From Escherichia phage ESSI2_ev239, in the sequence record NC_049392.1: 29,203 nt of DNA. One strand, written 5' to 3'. The notes beneath the pieces are model-generated. The model searched no databases. It was not told the DNA's origin and saw only the letters and a program-made list of their open reading frames with translations. The translations under genes and the position numbers were made by a program. Below, in pieces: positions 25,751 through 29,203 of this stretch (the stretch's first letter is position 1; each line of letters opens with the position of its first letter).

Positions 25751-26734
25751 ATGGCGATTAAGAAGCTCGATGATGGACGTTATGAACTGGACACAAGAGC
25801 GGGCGGACGCACCAGTAAGCGGATCCGCAAAATATTTAACAGAAGGGCTGATGCTGTTGCGTATGAACGCTACATGCTGGGTAAGTTTCAGCGCAAGGAA
25901 TGGGATCCGGCAGCACAGATTGACAGGCGCACGCTGGACGATATCAGAGAATTGTGGTGGCTCTACCACGGCCAGACGCAGAAGAATGGCGAGATTGAAA
26001 ACAGGCATCTCATCAAAACCATTACCGCGCTGGATAATCCGCAGGTAGGCGAGGTTAACAAACGAATGCTGATAGTCCACCGCAGCCGCAGGCTGGCGCA
26101 GGGAATAAGCGCATCCACGGTCAACCGCGATATTTACCGGCTGTCCGGCATGTTCAGCGCACTGATCAAGCTGGATGAGTTTGAGGGGGAAAACCCGCTG
26201 CGTGGTCTGCCTCCCCTGAAAGAGAAAAATCCCGGCATGACCTTTCTCACAAAACCGGAAATTAGCCGCCTGCTGGACACGCTGACGGGCGATTACCGAC
26301 TGGTTGCCCTGCTGTGCCTCAGCACAGGCGGACGCTGGGGAGAGGTCAGTACGCTGACGGAATCGCAGATTATGCACGGCCGTGTCGTATTCCTGGAAAC
26401 GAAGAACGGCAAAAAGCGCGTGGTTCCCATCTCTTCCGAACTGGAAGACGAAATTATGGCCAACGCCAGCGCGGGGCTGTTCCGGGTGGACTATGAAAAC
26501 TTCTGCCGGAAGCTGCGGAAGGTCAAGCCAGACCTGCCACGCGGTCAGGCCACCCACATTCTGCGACACACGTTCGCCAGCCACTTTATGATGAACGGCG
26601 GGAATATCATTGCGCTTCAGCAGATACTTGGCCATGCCAGCATTCAGCAGACGATGGCGTATGCGCATCTGGCACCGGATTATCTCCAGAACGCTATCGC
26701 ACTGAATCCGCTGAAAGGGGGGCTGGGAGTCTGA
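25751..26734 (+). CDS. int: Tyrosine integrase (P2 Int-like)
   Basis: Start MAIKKLDDGRYE, preceded by GGAGGG, matches the P2 Int N-terminus; catalytic region HILRHTFASHFMMNGGNIIALQQILGH...MAYAHL carries the R-H-R-Y signature. Confidence 0.9.
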   Translation: MAIKKLDDGRYELDTRAGGRTSKRIRKIFNRRADAVAYERYMLGKFQRKEWDPAAQIDRRTLDDIRELWWLYHGQTQKNGEIENRHLIKTITALDNPQVGEVNKRMLIVHRSRRLAQGISASTVNRDIYRLSGMFSALIKLDEFEGENPLRGLPPLKEKNPGMTFLTKPEISRLLDTLTGDYRLVALLCLSTGGRWGEVSTLTESQIMHGRVVFLETKNGKKRVVPISSELEDEIMANASAGLFRVDYENFCRKLRKVKPDLPRGQATHILRHTFASHFMMNGGNIIALQQILGHASIQQTMAYAHLAPDYLQNAIALNPLKGGLGV

Positions 26735-26739
26735 TAATT

Positions 26740-26970
26740 CCGTCCACATGTGGACGCATTTTTCCGTTTCGGGACTGCCTGAAACCGCCTGAAACGGAAG
26801 TGTGGACAGTGTGGACGGTAAAATTGGCCTGAAAAGTTTGTAAGTCGTTGAAAAAAAAGACCCCCACATCATGTGGGGGAAGACAGGGATGGTGTTGTTT
26901 TAAAAAGCATAAATCATTGATATTGTTGTATTTATATTGAAATTTCCGTCCACAAAACGTCCACATCGAC
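26740..26970. other. attP attachment site: Int arm-type repeats flanking a hairpin core
   Basis: Left arm GTCCACATGTGGAC (about 26742-26755) and TGTGGACAGTGTGGACGG (about 26801-26818); core hairpin cccccacat-cat-gtggggg preceded by A8 (about 26851-26879); AT-rich spacer; right arm CCGTCCACAAAACGTCCACA (about 26946-26967) in opposite orientation. Confidence 0.6.
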
Positions 26971-27189
26971 CGCAAGCCCCAGTTTCTGGGGCTTTATCAA
27001 AAAAACGTGACGTCTATCACGGTAATGGCGAACTGCAAGAAGTTCGGTTGCCAAATGGCTGATATCGCTTTCTAAATCAATTCAATCTCATATGACATAA
27101 CTACGTTGTGAAACAGGAACTACTGAATGCTGATTCACCATAGATGAAAAAAATGCTAATATCCACAAAAAGGCTAAGCGTAAAATAAA

Positions 27190-28293
27190 ATGAAATATAT
27201 TTTTGAATACGGATTTTATCTCAGCATACTTATAGCGACAATATATGTCACTTCTAAGTTTTTGGGTATTACACCTGCAAAACATAAATACGCCTCACTT
27301 GATGGCTTACGTGGAATTTGTGCAGCAATGGTTGCTGTATTCCATCTTTACTGGAGAGCCGGAGGAGAATCAGATATATACTGGTCTCTTGAGTACATTA
27401 CACTCAGCAATGTAAAACGCGCCATATATCTAACAGGTGAGTTATCTGTTGGTGTATTTTTTATGCTGTCTGCTTTTTTATTTTTCAAAAAGGCACTGGC
27501 GAACTCCTTCGATGTAAAAAGTTTTGCAATTTCACGATTCATGCGAATTTACCCACCTGTAGTGGTTCTTTTATTTATAATATATATTGCAACATTTATC
27601 ATGAATCCGGATGACCATACTCCAGTATCGCAATGGTTTATACCTTCATTACCATTTATATTCAATCCACCTGGAGCTAACATCAATGGTGTATCGCTCC
27701 AGATTGCCACATCTGGTGTGTTCTGGACGTTAGTCTGGGAATTACGCCTATACCTTGCAATTCCATTTTTATATCTGATAATGAAAAACATAAAATATAA
27801 AGAAGCATTTGTTATTTTTTTAATGGGATGTATTTTGTTATTCAAGTATTTTATAAATAATGAACAATACCTGAGTTATATAATGTATTTCCTTGCCGGA
27901 TTTCTTGTCGCTACAATCAAGAGTAACAAGCGCCCATCAGATATAATCTGCGTTTTATTATTATTCGCAGCTATATATTTCACTCGACATGCTTACAACA
28001 CTACAACTCCGCTTTATATGTTTGTTATTTTCTACACAATAAAGTGCGGATGTGATTACTTTGGCTTACTTACATCCCTGCCTGTAACTATGCTGGGAAC
28101 CTGCAGTTTCTCCCTTTATTTAGTTCATGGGATAACTCAGACAGTATCTAAACATTATTTATATAGCACAGGAAACTATGTTTGGCAGATTTGTGCAATT
28201 ATTGCGGCAGGTATCATTGCGCCGGTTATGTACAAATATGTCGAAAGTCGCAGCATCATACATAAGCCTCCTCACCTTCAGATTGCAAAGTAG
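27190..28293 (+). CDS. Acyltransferase family 3 integral membrane protein (candidate O-antigen O-acetyltransferase, lysogenic-conversion moron)
   Basis: 367 aa, about 10 hydrophobic segments, N-terminal signature LDGLRGICAAMVAVFH typical of the Oac/OafA-type acyltransferase-3 family; markedly AT-rich compared with the phage backbone. Confidence 0.75.
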   Translation: MKYIFEYGFYLSILIATIYVTSKFLGITPAKHKYASLDGLRGICAAMVAVFHLYWRAGGESDIYWSLEYITLSNVKRAIYLTGELSVGVFFMLSAFLFFKKALANSFDVKSFAISRFMRIYPPVVVLLFIIYIATFIMNPDDHTPVSQWFIPSLPFIFNPPGANINGVSLQIATSGVFWTLVWELRLYLAIPFLYLIMKNIKYKEAFVIFLMGCILLFKYFINNEQYLSYIMYFLAGFLVATIKSNKRPSDIICVLLLFAAIYFTRHAYNTTTPLYMFVIFYTIKCGCDYFGLLTSLPVTMLGTCSFSLYLVHGITQTVSKHYLYSTGNYVWQICAIIAAGIIAPVMYKYVESRSIIHKPPHLQIAK

Positions 28294-28299
28294 AACATT

Positions 28300-28322
28300 T
28301 GCGCCCCTGAACAGGGGCGTTA
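28300..28322 (+). terminator. Possible intrinsic terminator after the acyltransferase gene
   Basis: GC-rich hairpin gcgcccctg-aa-caggggcg just after the stop; weak U-tract. Confidence 0.35.
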
Positions 28323-28387
28323 TCCCACCGCGCTGTTAAAATTTTGTTTCGTCTCACCCCGCATTTTTAAGTTGCCCATCGGAAAAA

Positions 28388-28653
28388 CGTCACAACCATC
28401 ACACATCAAAGAAACACCACCTATCCACATGATTATCATGAATAAAATTTGTGACGGTAAAACCATCACAAAACGTAACACAAACCGTCACACTCAATAA
28501 ATTCAGCGAGTTATAAAACAGAGCTGTGATGTTTTAAGGCCGTCACACTGTGATGCTCTTGTGATAGTTTTGTGATGGTTTTCAATATATGAATTTACTT
28601 ATACATATCATATAGATAAATGATATTTTTAAAATCTGTGATGTTTGTGACGG
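28388..28653. repeat. Iteron-like array of about 11 TGTGA(C/T)GG motifs in both orientations (candidate replication origin or regulator binding array)
   Basis: Motif copies at about 28388, 28396, 28450, 28463, 28485, 28524, 28540, 28548, 28571, 28636 and 28646, several as inverted pairs; AT-rich block (tatatgaatttacttatacatatcatatagataaatgatattttt) lies inside; no ORF of 60 aa or more. Confidence 0.5.
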
Positions 28654-29126
28654 TTTTCCGATGCTCCCCCTCAATTTTTGAAAAAATAAGAAGTGGTCAG
28701 AAATCACCCTGATTTGTTGGTGAGTTTGTTTCTCTCTCTGTTACTGATTTGGTTACTGGTGGCAGCATGTGTGCACAGGGATGGGAGCAGACGGATCTGT
28801 GCAAGGTATTTCAGTTGTGCCGGTTCGTACAGTTCCCCGTAAACCCGTGCCAGCTGCGGCTTTCTGTTTTTAAACGCTTACGAGAGCCGGCGCCGGCCGT
28901 TACGTAAAAAATCACGTAATCACAACTCATCCCGCATGGCTCAGGGCTTTAGCTCCTGTTACGCCCTGCCTTCCATCGCACAAAAACTGAAATCTTTGAA
29001 ATCTGTTTCACACATTTCAGTTTGAGATCTGGTCTCAAAGCCCCAGCGCTGGCGCGGTCTGGCGGTATGTTTTGTACCCCCGGAAAAACTGAAATCATTC
29101 TCAACACGAAAACCGCAGGCGGGGGC

Positions 29127-29203
29127 CTGTCTCTTATACACATCTCCGAGCCCACGAGACTCCTGAGCATCTCGTATGCCGTCTTCTGCTTGAAAAAAAA
29201 AAA
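29127..29203. other. Sequencing adapter contamination (Nextera read-through adapter with 8-nt index, P7 tail and poly-A)
   Basis: CTGTCTCTTATACACATCTCCGAGCCCACGAGAC + TCCTGAGC + ATCTCGTATGCCGTCTTCTGCTTG + A11 is the standard Nextera i7 adapter structure; not biological sequence. Confidence 0.9.

Larger units (their letters stand above)
1..29126. mobile_element. Near-complete P2-like temperate myovirus genome (phage or excised/circular form), mosaic tail and replication modules
   Basis: Contiguous head, tail, lysis, immunity, integration and replication genes; intact attP next to int; no recognisable host housekeeping genes anywhere in the window. Confidence 0.8.

Noticed and set aside
25655-26872. 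405-aa ORF antisense to the integrase gene
   Set aside because: The plus-strand frame has clear tyrosine-recombinase motifs and a P2 Int-like N-terminus; the antisense ORF is a GC-rich shadow frame.
26851-26885. tRNA gene 3' end at the attachment site core
   Set aside because: Only a single short hairpin is present; no cloverleaf-compatible acceptor or T-arm arrangement and no CCA context were found.
28388-28653. CRISPR array
   Set aside because: The repeated motif is only 7-8 bp, occurs in both orientations with irregular spacing, and there are no cas genes; it behaves like iterons or binding sites.
29040-29126. cos site at the contig end (GC-rich blocks resembling the GGCG-rich P2/186 cohesive ends)
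   Set aside because: Similarity to the remembered P2 cos is partial and unconvincing, and the contig end is defined by a random Tn5 adapter junction, not a natural DNA end.
28949-29170. Two minus-strand ORFs (73 and 60 aa) at the right end
   Set aside because: They are translated from Nextera adapter sequence (peptides EMCIRDR, MYKRQ) and are assembly artefacts.

Overview
The window is almost entirely one temperate, P2-like (peduovirus-type) myovirus genome, read here mostly on the minus strand. All product calls rest on recognising protein motifs and gene order by eye; no database search was run. Left to right: a tail and baseplate block (307-13798, minus) that includes an embedded lysis cassette and a tail-chaperone -1 frameshift; a P2-type head block (gpL, gpM, gpN, gpO on minus 13795-17160; terminase gpP and portal gpQ on plus 17331-20149); an Ogr/Delta-like zinc-finger activator (20203-20472); an AT-richer early operon on minus (20500-25249) with two small acidic unknown proteins, a zinc-finger/Toprim/P-loop primase-helicase, a DEDD exonuclease and cox; then C repressor and a P2-type integrase on plus (25346-26734). 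Downstream lie an apparently intact attP with TGTGGAC arm repeats on both sides of a hairpin core, a strongly AT-rich acyltransferase-3 membrane protein (candidate O-antigen acetylase), and an iteron-like array of TGTGAYGG motifs. The last ~77 bp are Nextera adapter plus poly-A, so the record is an untrimmed assembly contig. The first 123 bp exactly repeat an internal tail-fibre segment (5096-5218). The head is P2-like but the tail, lysis and replication modules are not, so the phage is mosaic. The most promising candidate for an undescribed system is the AT-rich two-gene cassette at 20500-21145, which sits where P2 carries its tin/old exclusion genes. My manual base counting disagreed with the ORF track by 1 nt in one region (about 7176-7258), so coordinates I derived by hand are good to roughly +/-2 bp.
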